Shown in pieces: positions 39,319 through 52,415 of a DNA stretch of 64,000 bases. The notes beneath the pieces are model-generated. The model did not search any database. It was given only the letters and a program-made list of their open reading frames with translations, and was not told where the DNA came from. How positions within the stretch are numbered: the stretch's first letter is position 1; every line of letters begins with the position of its first letter. A program made the translations under genes and the position numbers. The stretch lies in NCBI RefSeq assembly GCF_006345805.1, contig NC_043008.1, forward strand, positions 47,368,001 to 47,432,000, in the 5' to 3' direction. Source of the DNA: Octopus sinensis (Eukaryota).

Positions 39319-41006
39319 ATTCACTGTTATACCTTACAATTGCTAGTTTATAAAATATTTGATGAACATACGAGGGGACATGTTGATACAAGTAAATCAG
39401 GGTTCCTGAACTTCCCGACACTTTATGATTCTTTACACTAAAAAGTAAAGGATGCTTAATATTTTGAGCGTAGCGCGCGCACACACGCACACACACACAT
39501 TCCAGATTATATTCACTAAATACCATTCAACTTTACTTCCACACCACTGTAACCGTTGAACTATTTGAGATTAGTATAGCATCTCCAAATAAACTATTTA
39601 GATGCAGCTGCTTCTCTCCCCATCTCTCTCTCTTTTTATCCTTCTCCCCCCTCTCTCACTCTCTTCCTCCGTCTCTTTATCTATATATCTACTTATCGAT
39701 CTACTCTGCTCTACATTCTACTATCTCAGAGACATTACACTAAACACTTCATTCAATCCTTCTTTCAAACATGAATTTATTTATTTGGATTAAGAACAAA
39801 CTTCATTACGACGACATTGTTAGTTCAAAATTACTTTTATCATAGAGTTACCTGAGCAAGTTAAGTATAGACACTGTTACACGAATGCATTTTCCGAGTC
39901 CTCCTTCGTTTTCGGTCTTATACTCTGTTCTAAACAAGGCGGATGCGCTACTCAGAAAAACTGATCTAAACAATTTTAAACATTCCTTTTTTTCTCAGTC
40001 GTTATCATAGTTGAAGCAGCGAATATATACTCATGGAATTAGAAAGTCAGATTAATTGCAGTAATATTTGTCAATACCAAATAATATCCTATAATTTTAA
40101 TTGGGCGTTATGAAGTAAATCTACACGTTTATTGGAAGCAAAATGGGAAAAAATAACCGGATAAAAAGAACCAAGATATTTCTTAATCAAACTGTACCTG
40201 GACAGATTTGAACAGAGACAAACGCTAAATATATTACCAAAAATTTTCTTTCTATGCATCAATTTAATTTCAGCTTTGTAAACATATTAAATAACATTCT
40301 GTTTTAGTAAGATACGAGAATGTTGTGAGATTCAATTACTGAAAGTCGAGCATATAGCGTAAAAGCTGCCGAAAACAATATTTCTAACAACAAAAGCATC
40401 TCTTAGGTAAGGGATGTATTGCAATAGATATTTTGTTCAAAGTAAAATAGTATTTCATGTCATCAAAGTAAAACTGTGAGGAGAATAGATACGTTATCAA
40501 AAGTCAGACACTTGATAAATTTCTCAAAAATTCTGTCTTTGTATTATATTTTATATAGGTGAGACTGGTTCAAAGTGCTAGCACGCAGATTTCGTCAGCT
40601 TTTGATGTGTTTCCAAACATAATCTTCTTCAGTTGCTACAGCAGCTTTATCGCTTCTAGCTGTTGGAAGACAAATTTCGGCAGAGTTCCAGCCAAGAAAG
40701 AATCAATACAGATTACATGTATGCATTTATTTATATACGCAAATGCAACGGCAATTACGTCCATATATACGCAATGCTAGCTTAAATTCACATAACTACG
40801 CAGTGACACGTGCACATATGCATAGATATATGTTACTGCAATCGGTTTTTTGTAGGCTAGATAGATAAATAAATAGATAGATAGGTAGATAGAAATTGAT
40901 ATAGTTATATAGATATACATATACATGTGTGGCATAAGTGCGCAAGTGTGTGTATGATATACATACATGTATACGTACGTCTTCATACATATATATTCTT
41001 TTTTAA

Positions 41007-41057
<51 letters not shown>

Positions 41058-41290
41058 TATATATACATGCATAGGTATATACATGTATATATACATGGCT
41101 AATGATAAACATATTACACCTTCGTAAATATAGGTGTATATGTATATATGTATAAAACAGTAATATATAAATACCCACTATAAAACGATGATTTTTTTTT
41201 ATATTCTGAAAAGAAATATCGCATTACTTATTATTCGAACTAATATTCCATAAATGGGTTTCGGAAAATATGATGCGTATGTGTGTGTTT

Positions 41291-41326
<36 letters not shown>

Positions 41327-42544
41327 ATGAGTGTGTGTTTGTGTATGTATGAGTGTGTGTCCACAGAAACGCATATGCACACAAATATATTTATATATAC
41401 ACACATACACACATATCAATACGCACACTGACACACACATACACATACATACATACGCACACGCACACAATTTGTCCTACTATTGGTGCTAAAATTGTAG
41501 GAAAAAAAAAGAAACATGACTATCTTTATGTATTAAGTTGGTTTCTTCGCCTAAATAGTTTTGAAAAAAAATTTTTTTTTTTTTTTTCTGGCAAATAAAA
41601 ACCTGATTATAAATTTCGTTCACAACTCTGAATCACTAAAAGTACATATTTCCAGAAAATACATAAAAATAGAATCAAAAGGGAATCGATAACCATTCGC
41701 TTCTTCCTCGTTGTAAGTTGAGATGCATTTGTGAACAGCGATTAGTTCATTGACAGCCATATAAAGAAATTTTATGTGTAAATGTCGAAGGATAGACGAG
41801 AAATAGAGACCGCGAAATCAAAATTAATGGTGTTATTTTTACCAAGAAAATATAATTTTTTAGCTTCGCAAGTATCTATTTTTCTCACGTTGTAAATGCA
41901 GGGACATTTATAATGTTCATGAAACTTTTAGTAATATTGAATAGAGTGGGTAAAGCTCATTGAGTTAAGTGTGACAGTCGACTGTAATCTTCAGTTGAAG
42001 AGAGTTCAGTTTCACGAAAGCTACCAATTGTCTTAGCGTCTATTTTTATATAATATTTGTGAGTACTTCAACTTCTGAATTATTAACAAATCAAAAGTGG
42101 CCGGTTTTCATGAGAATCGATATTATTTGAAAGTTAAAATTGTTTTATTGTTATAAAGTGAATTCCAAAGTTTGGATAAGTTTATGTGAAGTGGAAGGAA
42201 GCGGCAACTGAAGTTTCAAAACTGACTTTTAGGTTCAAGTGAAATGAAATCTCTCAGACGCAATGGACAATCTCCTAAGCATCAATATATTCGTCAAAAC
42301 ATGGCGTACGAATTTATACAAAATCGGGCGATTAACTGGGTTTTTTTGTTTGTTTTAGTTTGTTTGCTTTTACGTCTTGTTACGTTTTTTATTATCTTTT
42401 TCTGACTCACATCTATCTCGGCAGGTAGGGCTGCGTTTCTTTAAATTAATACTATAAAGGTATCTCTATAATGTTAAATTTCAAACAATAATTTTAATAG
42501 TAATCTAATAACAACACTATTGTTTGATAGCTATAGACATATAT

Positions 42545-42612
<68 letters not shown>

Positions 42613-42845
42613 GGAAAATATGGCAAGGTAGAAAATGCTAAAATGTTTGTATCAGTTTGTGGGTTTTCGAAAGAGTAAAACAAAGGTGGATATTAATTAA
42701 GAAGAAATGAATTCAATTGAAAAAAAGGATTTAAATGACATATTTTGTAAATATTTCCATAGTCTTCAAATAATTGGGACATTTTCCTTTAGTTCTGTGT
42801 CTCTCATTCTTTTCTTTTGTGAAGGTTCGTAAGGCATTGGTATAT

Positions 42846-43528
42846 GCATGCATGTTTGTTATTGTTCAGTTTATTTCAAGATTTCTTGCCAATAGAGAGA
42901 GAACCGTTTTCTAACATAAATTCAAGGCTCCTTCATTGAAATTTCATCGTCAACAACAAGATATTTTTGTATGTATGTATGTATGTGTGTGTGTTTTACG
43001 TATGTGTCTTATGCATAGAGTTACACATCTAGACATACTCATATATATTTAAATGATAAACTTCTGAAAAGTTTTACAGATTTTTACAGTTCCAGAGATG
43101 GATTGGATCTGTAGCCTTCTCCTTTCTGGTTTTCAGAAGATTGGTATTTAGGCAGTGTGTTATATATCCCAGGGCCCCAATAATTACAGGTATAAATCTG
43201 AACTTGTAATCTGGATATAGTAACTGCAGATTTCTCAATAATTCAGCGTAGGTATTCTCTTTTTCACTGATCGTCAGCTTCATGTTAACATCCGCTGGGC
43301 AGCTAATTTCCTCAACTGTGCACAGTTTCTTTTCTCTATCCCATTATATGAGGTCCGTTATGCTTACATTTTATCGAGGTCTTCACTGAGACATTCCACC
43401 AGAACTCCTTTTTATTATGAGTGGCTATGGCTTCTACCACACTATAGGTTCTTATTTCTTTGTCCTCGGGATTATCCTTCCGACGGATTTCATTATAGAG
43501 AGGCCTAGCTACGGCATATTTCTGTCTA
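42846..43528 (-). mobile_element. 5'-truncated REL-endonuclease LINE fragment (R4/NeSL-like) flanked by (CATA)n
   Basis: Frameshifted EFWWNVSVKTSIKCKHNGPHI..EISCPADVNMKLTISEKENTYAELLRNLQLLYPDYKFRFIPVIIGALGY, a degenerate PD..E..K endonuclease with the GALG motif. (CATA)n lies at the 5' junction and CATA/CATG repeats lie in the 3' part. Confidence 0.85.
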
Positions 43529-44799
43529 TATGTATGTATGTATGTATGTATGTATGCATGTATGTATGCATGTATGTATGCATGCATGTATGTATGCATG
43601 CATGTATGTATGCATAGTTTCACTATAGATAGGATAAACAAAAAAGTATTCCCTCAAGTGAGGGATAAATGTTATTTAATATACTCAATTACAAAAGAGT
43701 AACAAATAGTTTCATACTTGAAGATACAATAAATTAGCAGATTTATATAGCATGTCGTGTATCTCTTAGCAATCTTTCAGACACAGTTCATAATGTTGGA
43801 TATTTTTAAAGATGTTCTTCACTATTTTTCTTCACCTTTTTTCTCGTGATTACTCTTATTCCAGCGTCCTGGTTTTTAAATACATCTAATGTCCTGATCT
43901 GGGGGCAGAAAATTTCCTAGGAATAATTGGCGTCATATAAATCGACCATTTTAATGTATATTAAAGAATGAAACTATCTGTAGCTCCCTTGTAATAATGT
44001 ATGTCAAACGCTATATATATATATAACGTTAACACTGTGCTGACCTAATTCTCCTCAACCGTAAATAGCTGATTCATTGAACAGCAAAGTAACTGTGGAA
44101 CCTGATCCGGCATCTCATTGTTTTACAATAGTTTATACTTCGATGTTCTGACTGTGTTAACTTAGACAATGGTAAACTCTACCTCACCTATATTTCCAAG
44201 ACATGCAGGAACCAATCAATTACACAACTCATTGTGTCTTTATCGTAAGGGAGAGCATCCGGATAGCATTCATACATATTGTCTCTTTGTAGGTTATTTC
44301 AAAGAAATTATAAAGCATAAATGTATTATTATAGTCTATATTTTACAGTTTCTATTTTACATTATATTTTCTGTGCACACACACGATGGAAATTATGATG
44401 GTTTCCACACATAATGAACTGTGGTTTCGCTGTTAAATTTTTCTCGTTTTTATATTCTCTTTTGCATAACATCTATCTTTTCAATTTTCATACAACCTGT
44501 AAAGGAAGATAAGTCTGTATATTGAAGTTGCATTGATATAAAGGTGTGATATAAACTAATAATACAAATTCAGAAAAAAGATAATATATCATTGTGTAAG
44601 GAATGCTATAACTGTGACAAAGAATAAATATTTAGTTAAGCAAGAGACAAAATAAACAAAACGAATAGAAATGCGAATATCGTATTCGAGCTCATCGTAT
44701 CGATGAATTTCATTTCATGGATTTGCTGCGTGTTCTTCACGCCCTCACCAGTTATTCTATGTACAGGCATATACTATACACGTTCACACACGTCATGCA

Positions 44800-45073
44800 C
44801 ACGTACATATACATATATGTACGTATACACAAACGTATGTGCATATACATGCCCATATAGACATACATACATACATCTACATATATACATATATGTATAT
44901 ACATATATATATATATATGTATATATTATATATATACTTATATATACGTATATTATATATATATATATGTATATATGTATATATATATGTATATATATAC
45001 ACATATATATATACATATATATACACATATATACCATATATATATGTGTGTATATGTATATATGTATGTATGT

Positions 45074-45125
<52 letters not shown>
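44800..45125. repeat. Compound (AT)n array
   Basis: Direct reading. Confidence 0.96.
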
Positions 45126-45126
<1 letters not shown>

Positions 45127-45546
45127 AATTAAGTAGATGTAGCAATGTATGTGCTTTCGTGTGTGTGTTTTGCACGAGCATGTGCTCATAAATGATTGTT
45201 CCTATTCTAGACCAGGACCACATTATTCCCTTTTGTGTACGCCACAGCTATGCGTCTGAATAAAACCTTATAAGCTGTTATGGTTCGCAGAAACTTCTAT
45301 GTAAATAAAATAATTGTTTGTAAATTATTTCTTACATTACATTTTCGCATAAAGTAAACATCATTTCATAAAAAGAAAACATGTCACATTTATTGATGAT
45401 AACAAAACGAATTGTATTTTTTCTCCCTCCTCGAAAGTTATGCATACCTCCCCTCAGTTACATCTATTTACTTATTTATACATCAACTCTCTAAATAAAC
45501 AATAATTGAACATTCACAAAAATGGATACTTTGTTTCCTGCATGTT

Positions 45547-45590
<44 letters not shown>

Positions 45591-45831
45591 AGTGACTGAC
45601 TAAGCAAGAAATAAAATGCATATATTTGGAAAAGGAAATCTCATTTTACATCGACCGCATATATTGGCACGTATGCACCAATACTCTCAAAATAATATAT
45701 TACAAACATACTGACATCCTCAACCCTATAGTCATATACACACACGTATATATAGTATGTGCATGTGTGTATCTGTGAGTGCATATATAAATATATACAT
45801 ATGTTTAAATATCTCTTCCTATTTCTCCCTT

Positions 45832-45866
<35 letters not shown>

Positions 45867-45956
45867 TTCTCGCTTTCTCGCTCTCTCGTATATACATTTA
45901 TATATGTGTATATGTATACATATGTGTGCGTGTATATATATATAAATATATATATG

Positions 45957-45987
<31 letters not shown>

Positions 45988-46024
45988 GCATGTATATATA
46001 TATATATATATGTATGTATATATG

Positions 46025-46060
<36 letters not shown>

Positions 46061-46257
46061 ACTCCCCTTCTCTCTCCCCCTCTCCCTCTTTCCTCCTTCC
46101 TCCCCCTCCTCCTCCCCTTCGTTCTCCCCTCCTCTCTCTCCCCCTCCTCTCATCTTCCCCCCCCCCTCTTCCCCCCTCTTCCCCCCTCTTCTCCCCCCTC
46201 TTCTCCCCCCTCTTCTCCTCACTACACCACACTACTTACATCACATCATATATGATG

Positions 46258-46384
46258 TGCCATACTAATACATACACCAACTAATACATACTAATACGTA
46301 CTAATACATACTAATACATACTAATACATACACCAACCCTATACATACACACGTCCAGACCCCTCATACGCACTTATACTCTCT

Positions 46385-46419
<35 letters not shown>

Positions 46420-46772
46420 ATACATACTAATACATACTAATACGTACTAATACATACTAATACATACTAATACATACCAAACCCTATACATACACACAAC
46501 CAACCACAGCCCCTCATACGCACTTATACTCTCTCATACACACACACACACCTTATACATACTAATACGTACTAATACATACTAATACGTACTAATACAT
46601 ACTAATACATACTAATACATACACCAACCCCATACATACGCACGTCCAGACCTATCCTACGCACTAATACTCTCTCATACACACACCAACCTTATACATA
46701 CTAAATACTATACATACACCACAACCCAACCCTATACATACACACGTCCAGACCCCTCCTACGCACTAATAG
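46258..46772. repeat. Complex tandem repeat: about 4 imperfect units of roughly 130-160 bp built on a 10-bp TACTAATACA subrepeat
   Basis: Recurrent blocks caccaaccctatacatacacacgtccagaccc and ctcatacgcacttatactctctcatacaca. Confidence 0.9.
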
Positions 46773-46779
46773 CTGGTCA

Positions 46780-47080
46780 TTCATTCAACCTATTATCAAC
46801 CTATTATCTCCCCTTATTTCGCTCTCGCGTCTCATGTTGATCTTTGACCTCTGGCCGAAATCAGATCGCCATGTTGATTCGTTAGTTACTGCACGCATTT
46901 TTTTTCTCTCCTTCTTTCTGTGTTTTTTTCTCTCTGTGTATCTTTCTGTTGAAGAGCGTAGGCTCGAAACGTTAAAGACTTGTTTTATTTATATTTCCTG
47001 AGCGCCATACTAATACAATTGTTTGTTTGTTTTCCACCTGCCTTCGTCTTTTGTCTATTTTCATAAAGCTTCCTGTTATA
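46780..47080 (+). mobile_element. Penelope-like element terminal (pLTR-like) segment
   Basis: Contains a minimal hammerhead-like motif at 46941-46978 followed by a T-rich 3' segment and (TA)n. No RT or GIY-YIG coding sequence is visible. Confidence 0.6.
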
Positions 47081-47280
47081 TATATATATATTATATATAT
47101 ATATATATACGCGGCGAAGTTTATGGAAATGTTTCCAATGTAGAATCTCAAGCAACCATAATGGTGAAACGCACATAGAAGCTAATTATATAAACTTGTC
47201 TTTAAACGAAATTTCTCAATTTCTCATATATATATATATGTGTATGTGTATATGTGTATGTGTGTGTGCGTGTGTGTAAA

Positions 47281-47373
47281 ATAATAATAGCACTAAGAAT
47301 AACAACAACCACAACAATATTAATAATAATAATAATGATAATAATAATAATGATAATAATAATAATAACAATG

Positions 47374-47436
<63 letters not shown>

Positions 47437-47447
47437 GTAATAATAAC
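47281..47447. repeat. (TAA)n array at the 5' junction of the Dong-like LINE
   Basis: Direct reading. Confidence 0.98.
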
Positions 47448-47453
47448 AACAAC

Positions 47454-48760
47454 AACAAGAACAAACATGCAGATATTTAGGGATAACAAGAACAAACATA
47501 CAAATATTTAGGGATAAATGAAGGCTCTGGTATTCGGCATGCAAGCATGAAAGAGAAGATCAGGAAGGAATGTTATAGGAGAGTTCGTGCAGTCCTGAAA
47601 TCTGAACTAAATGCACGTAACAAGGTGTTAGCTATAAATTCCTTAGCAGTTCCAGTTGTTACTTATAGCTACAATGTGTTGAACTGGAATATGAGTGAAG
47701 TAAAGAATATAGATAGGAATATAGAGGGAAGTACGGCAACTACTGTTGCAAAGAAGGTGAAAATGATGGCAATGAAAAAAGCGCACGAGCAATTGGCTGA
47801 TAGGTGGGAGGAGAAACCTCTGCACGGCAAATATGTGACCCGCAGCAAACAAGCTGATGTTGGCCAGAAGCAAACCCATCAGTGGCTACGGAGCTCAGGG
47901 CTAAAAGCAGAGAGCGAAGGTTTCATCCTGGCTGCTCAAGATCAAAGCCTATTAACCCGGAACTACCAGGCCAATGTGATGAAAAATGGAGCAGACCCAA
48001 AATGCCGATTCTGCAACGACATGATTGAAACAGTGGACCACCTAATCTCTGGATGTAAAGTGTTAGCACCAGTGGAGTATAAATTAAGACCTGACAGAGT
48101 TGGCCAATATCTCCACTGGCTAATAAGTCGGCATTACAATATCAAAACTGCCGACAAGTGGTATAATCACCACCCTGAGGCTGTAACTGAAGGAGAAAAT
48201 GTAACCATTCTGTGGGACTTTCCAGTACATACAGACCGAACCATCAAGGCCAATAAACCAGATATTGTTGTGAAAGACCAAAACAATAGTTTTGCTTATT
48301 GATCGACATGAGCATCCCCGTGATCATAATATCTCAGCGAAAGAGTTTGACAAGCTCAGAAAATATAAAGACCTACTCATTGAAATTGAGAAAATGTGGC
48401 ATCTCAAGGCGGTTACAATACCAGTGATGGTAGGAGCACTAGGAATGATCAAGAAGGGAACCGAAAATTATATGAGAATGATCCCTGGCTTACCATCCCT
48501 GCAAGAAGTGCAAAAGATTGTCTTAACTGGTACATTACACGTATTGAGAAGAGCATTGTCGATGTGAGAACTGTTGCTGCTCATGTATTTTAATTTAACT
48601 TAAAAAAAAAAAATGAACGAGCTATTTAGTTTGGTTTAATGGTCTACCAATGTATACTATGAGTTTCTTTGCCCTAGGGGTCGGGAAGACACTCGGCAAG
48701 AAATGGAAGCAAATTTGAAACAAGAAAAAAAAATAGTAATAATAATAATAATAATAATAT
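47454..48760 (+). mobile_element. 5'-truncated R4/Dong-like non-LTR retrotransposon (RT end, CCHC finger, restriction-like endonuclease) in (TAA)n, with (TAA)n tail
   Basis: YKYLG RT-end motif just upstream of ORF 47547-48302. CRFC..ETVDHLISGC finger, then ANKPDIVV..(frameshift)..D..K REL motif and VGALG, stop at 48567. 3'UTR then (TAA)n at 48733-48759; (TAA)n array 47281-47447 upstream. Confidence 0.92.
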
Positions 48761-49005
48761 TCAGGGACCTTTTGAGTGGGATGGGTTTCTCGACCAGAAG
48801 AAAATTCTAACTGGGCCCCACCTGCAAGGTCATGCGCTGTTTATCTGGATATGAGATCACCATGTTGTGCACATATGGTTGTGATGCATGTGCCTGGTGT
48901 ACCCTTATCAGACGGGTAGTCATGATGGGTATACTGGGCTTCGTATATTTTACCCCAGTGTCACTTTGATGGCATGCACTGCTCTCTCACTCAAATAATA
49001 ATAAA
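48761..49005 (+). mobile_element. Probable 3'-end fragment of a second TAA-tailed retroelement, directly tandem to the Dong-like copy
   Basis: A non-coding segment starting right after the TAA tail and itself ending in aataataataaa. It resembles a repeat I recall from octopus; not verified. Confidence 0.5.
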
Positions 49006-49464
49006 TGCCAAAACGAATTTCTGTGTGACAGTGTGTCACACTTTGACCCCCTCTCTCACTATTTAGTGACACTTCTACTATTCCTCCTGCAGGGGTGAGA
49101 GTAATAGTAGGCATAGAGACGGTAAGGTAGGTAGTAGATAGGCGGTTGTGATGGTGATGGGGTGATAGTATTATTAAGAACTGTATTTGTGATAGAAGCG
49201 GATGTGACAGTAGTGGAGGTGTTCATAGTGGTGTTGGTGCTTGTGGTGGTGGTAGTGGTGGTGATGGTGGTGGTCGCCGAGGCGGTCAGGGATGACGGTG
49301 ATAGTAAGCGATGAGAAAGACGGTGGTGACGGCGGTGGAGGGGAAGGTGGCAAAGTCAACGGTATTGATGGTGGTGGCGTCAAAGTCTGAATGGTGTGTG
49401 TATGACAGCTATGTTGGCGATCGTGGTGGTACTGGTGATGGTGATGGTTGAAAACAACCAACAT

Positions 49465-49508
<44 letters not shown>

Positions 49509-49828
49509 TTGTACTGAACCCCGAATGGCAAGACATAAAGATTGTTTATCATGCAGCTTTGCAATAAGTTCCAAATCGACAAATTATATCATTATTTTGA
49601 TGAAAATTGTTCACTGTTTGAAAAATATTGGTCAAGTTTAATAAAATTTAATATGTACTCAATGCATGATGTGTCATTGTTGGGCCCAGGGCCTAATGAA
49701 GGGGCCTCCACAGGAGCAAGCCTAAAAGCCGCCCTATCGGGTGGGTTTTAGGTTAGTAGAAACACACACACACATACGCATACATATATATATACATATA
49801 TATATATATATATGTTATATATGTATAT

Positions 49829-49881
<53 letters not shown>

Positions 49882-49884
<3 letters not shown>

Positions 49885-50063
49885 ACGTTTCGGTTGATAT
49901 ACCCTCTGTCTTGGGGAAATTTCGAAATGGGTTCTCATTCCTAAAGTATTTTTCGTTGTTCTTGTTATTATTATTATTGTTATAATATTATTATTCAGGT
50001 CGCTACCTGGAATCGAACTCGGAATATTCGGGTTAGTAGCCCGTGTGCTTCACCACTACGCCC
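49882..50063 (-). mobile_element. tRNA-headed short element with (TAA)-rich spacer and Penelope-like tail, embedded in (TA)n
   Basis: Minus strand gggcgtagtggtgaagcacacgggctactaacccgaatattccgagttcgattccagg shows A box, anticodon-like stem-loop and B box but no acceptor stem. The tail ends ...caaccGAAACGTtg. Confidence 0.75.
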
Positions 50064-50091
50064 ATATATGCCCATATATATATATATAGAT

Positions 50092-50129
<38 letters not shown>

Positions 50130-50160
50130 CCACATATATATACACGAATACAAATACACC

Positions 50161-50201
<41 letters not shown>

Positions 50202-50867
50202 GCACATCTAGAGGTTGTTGACATTTCAAGTAATTAGTGAAGAGATAGGTGAATTAAGAAGGAAGAAAAGACGGTGATAACTGCAAGAGTATTGAGAGTT
50301 AGGGAAGAATCATTTTCATAATGGTTTATAAGCAAACTATTATGAATTGAATGATTAATTATATGTTGGGTGCTGTTAGCAAAACAAAGACGATTATAAT
50401 GAAGAGTGAATAGTGAAGGCAGAGTCAAATAAATAATTTCAGTCGAGCTGAAAAGACAATGCAAGATTATGATTTCTTACAGTTTCATTTGGCGTATTAA
50501 CAAAACCATAATTACGGTTCTGATAATTCGCCAGAAGAAAACGTGCCACATCATAATCCTCTACTATCCTTTAAGCTTGACTTAAACTAAATTTGAAGAT
50601 ATATATATGAATACATACATATATGTATATATATATATGCATATATATATACATATATATACATACATATATATATACATACATATATATACATATATAT
50701 ATATGCATGTATATATATACACATATGCATATATATACATATATATATATACACATACATAAATATATATATATATATATGTGTGTGTGTGTATATATAC
50801 GTACATATATATATATGCCTACACAATTATGTGTATATATGTATGTATACATATATATCCATATATC

Positions 50868-50913
<46 letters not shown>

Positions 50914-50945
50914 TATGTGTATACACACATATATATATATTCTTG

Positions 50946-51352
50946 CAGGGAAGTCTGTTTCGTAAGAAGACTGCTTCCCAAGCACTTGGTTCCGGGTTCA
51001 GTCCCACTGCGTGGCACCTTGGACAAGTGTCTTCTAGTATAGCCTTGGATCAACCAAAGCCTTTTGAATGGATTTGGTAGAGGGAAACTGAAAGAATCCC
51101 GTCCTATATGTATATATATGTATATATATGTCTATATTTATGTGTGATGTATTTGTCTCCCACCATCGCTTGACCACCGATGCTGGTGTTTTTCTCCCAG
51201 TAACTTAGCGGTTCGGTAAAAGATACCGATTGAATAGGTACTAGGCTTACAATGAATAAATCTAGGGGTCGATTTCTTAGACTAAAGACCGTTAATTAGG
51301 TGTTCCAGCATGGCCGCAGTCAAATGACTGAATGAAGTAAAAGAATAAAAGA
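50946..51352 (+). mobile_element. SINE family A, near full-length
   Basis: Collinear with 22826-23225, including the tail gcatggccgcagtcaaatgactgaa. Confidence 0.9.
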
Positions 51353-52139
51353 ATTTATATATATATATGTACATTGATATGTGAATATATATGTGCGTGT
51401 GTATATTTATGTAGGGTGTATGTGTATTCGTGTATATATATGTATATGTATAAACCTATCTTCATGATTCTGTGTGTAAGTTATCAATTCTGTCATCAAA
51501 AACTGAAAGTTTGGCATTTTAACGTCGACCTTAATTCTGTAGAATCTCCTTGCACAGCATTTTAATCATCGCAATCAATATCTAATTATTACACAAAATA
51601 AAGTCGCTTCATATCTGACTTAATTTTCTCTTACTTCCAATTTCACACACGCACAAGGTCTTTATGAGAACCATCTGTATCTTCGCAATATATACAGACG
51701 CGCTAAGTTTCTCTCCAATAATACCTTCCTATATTAATTTAGAATAAGCACTTCTAGCAACTGAGTTGTGTCCGTATACCGAGACTCACGTGACTGTCTT
51801 CCTACTTCTAAGTAAGACATATTCACTCACCAAACCACAGACTTTGTCTTCCTCATTTATAGTCTTGCTTTAAACCCTATAGTCCTGGGGGCGCCCTTCT
51901 GACATACACCGAGTCTTACTTATCAAAACCTGATAGAGACCCACTTTTCCATGTTCGATCAAAGCCGGATTTTTCCTCCGAGCGAAAGACAGAAAACGAA
52001 CAAAAAAAAAACGAGTAAAAAAGAATCCAACCAGTATTGGACTGGCAATTTGTTGCGTCTAAGTAAATCCCTAAACACTCCACTTGTTAAACCTTTCAAT
52101 CTCGTAATCTCTCACTGTGACCCCATGCAAACCACATAG

Positions 52140-52415
52140 CATGAAGATAAGAGGTTGAACCTAGGTGTTGGGCTCTCAGTTATAATGTCATAAGTTCGTT
52201 CCCTGGATTAGGGGACACCCTTGATCTTAAAAAGACATTTTGTTTCATGTTGCTCAATTCTACCCCACTGAAATGAGCTCCAGTGAGGGCTTCACCAGCA
52301 CCAATTCAGAACTAGAGCAGCTTTCATTATCCCCAAGTTTCGGTGGGTCGGGAGAATATCTGTGTCTGTTCATGATTCCAGAAGCATCTAAAACAACAAC
52401 AACAACAAAATACTC
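52140..52415 (+). mobile_element. Old SINE-like copy ending in (AAC)n
   Basis: Degenerate B-box-like head (gttcgttccctgg), SINE-type body and (AAC)n tail. Highly diverged. Confidence 0.45.

Noticed and set aside
46258-46772. CRISPR-like array
   Set aside because: Eukaryotic context; units are degenerate tandem copies without unique spacers, and there are no cas genes.
49140-49450. Gly/Val-rich (GGT)n region as a glycine-rich protein
   Set aside because: Degenerate trinucleotide repeat with stops in the relevant frames.
49990-50063. tRNA gene (anticodon-like ACT loop)
   Set aside because: No acceptor stem or complete cloverleaf, and it is fused to a repeat tail. Treated as a SINE head.
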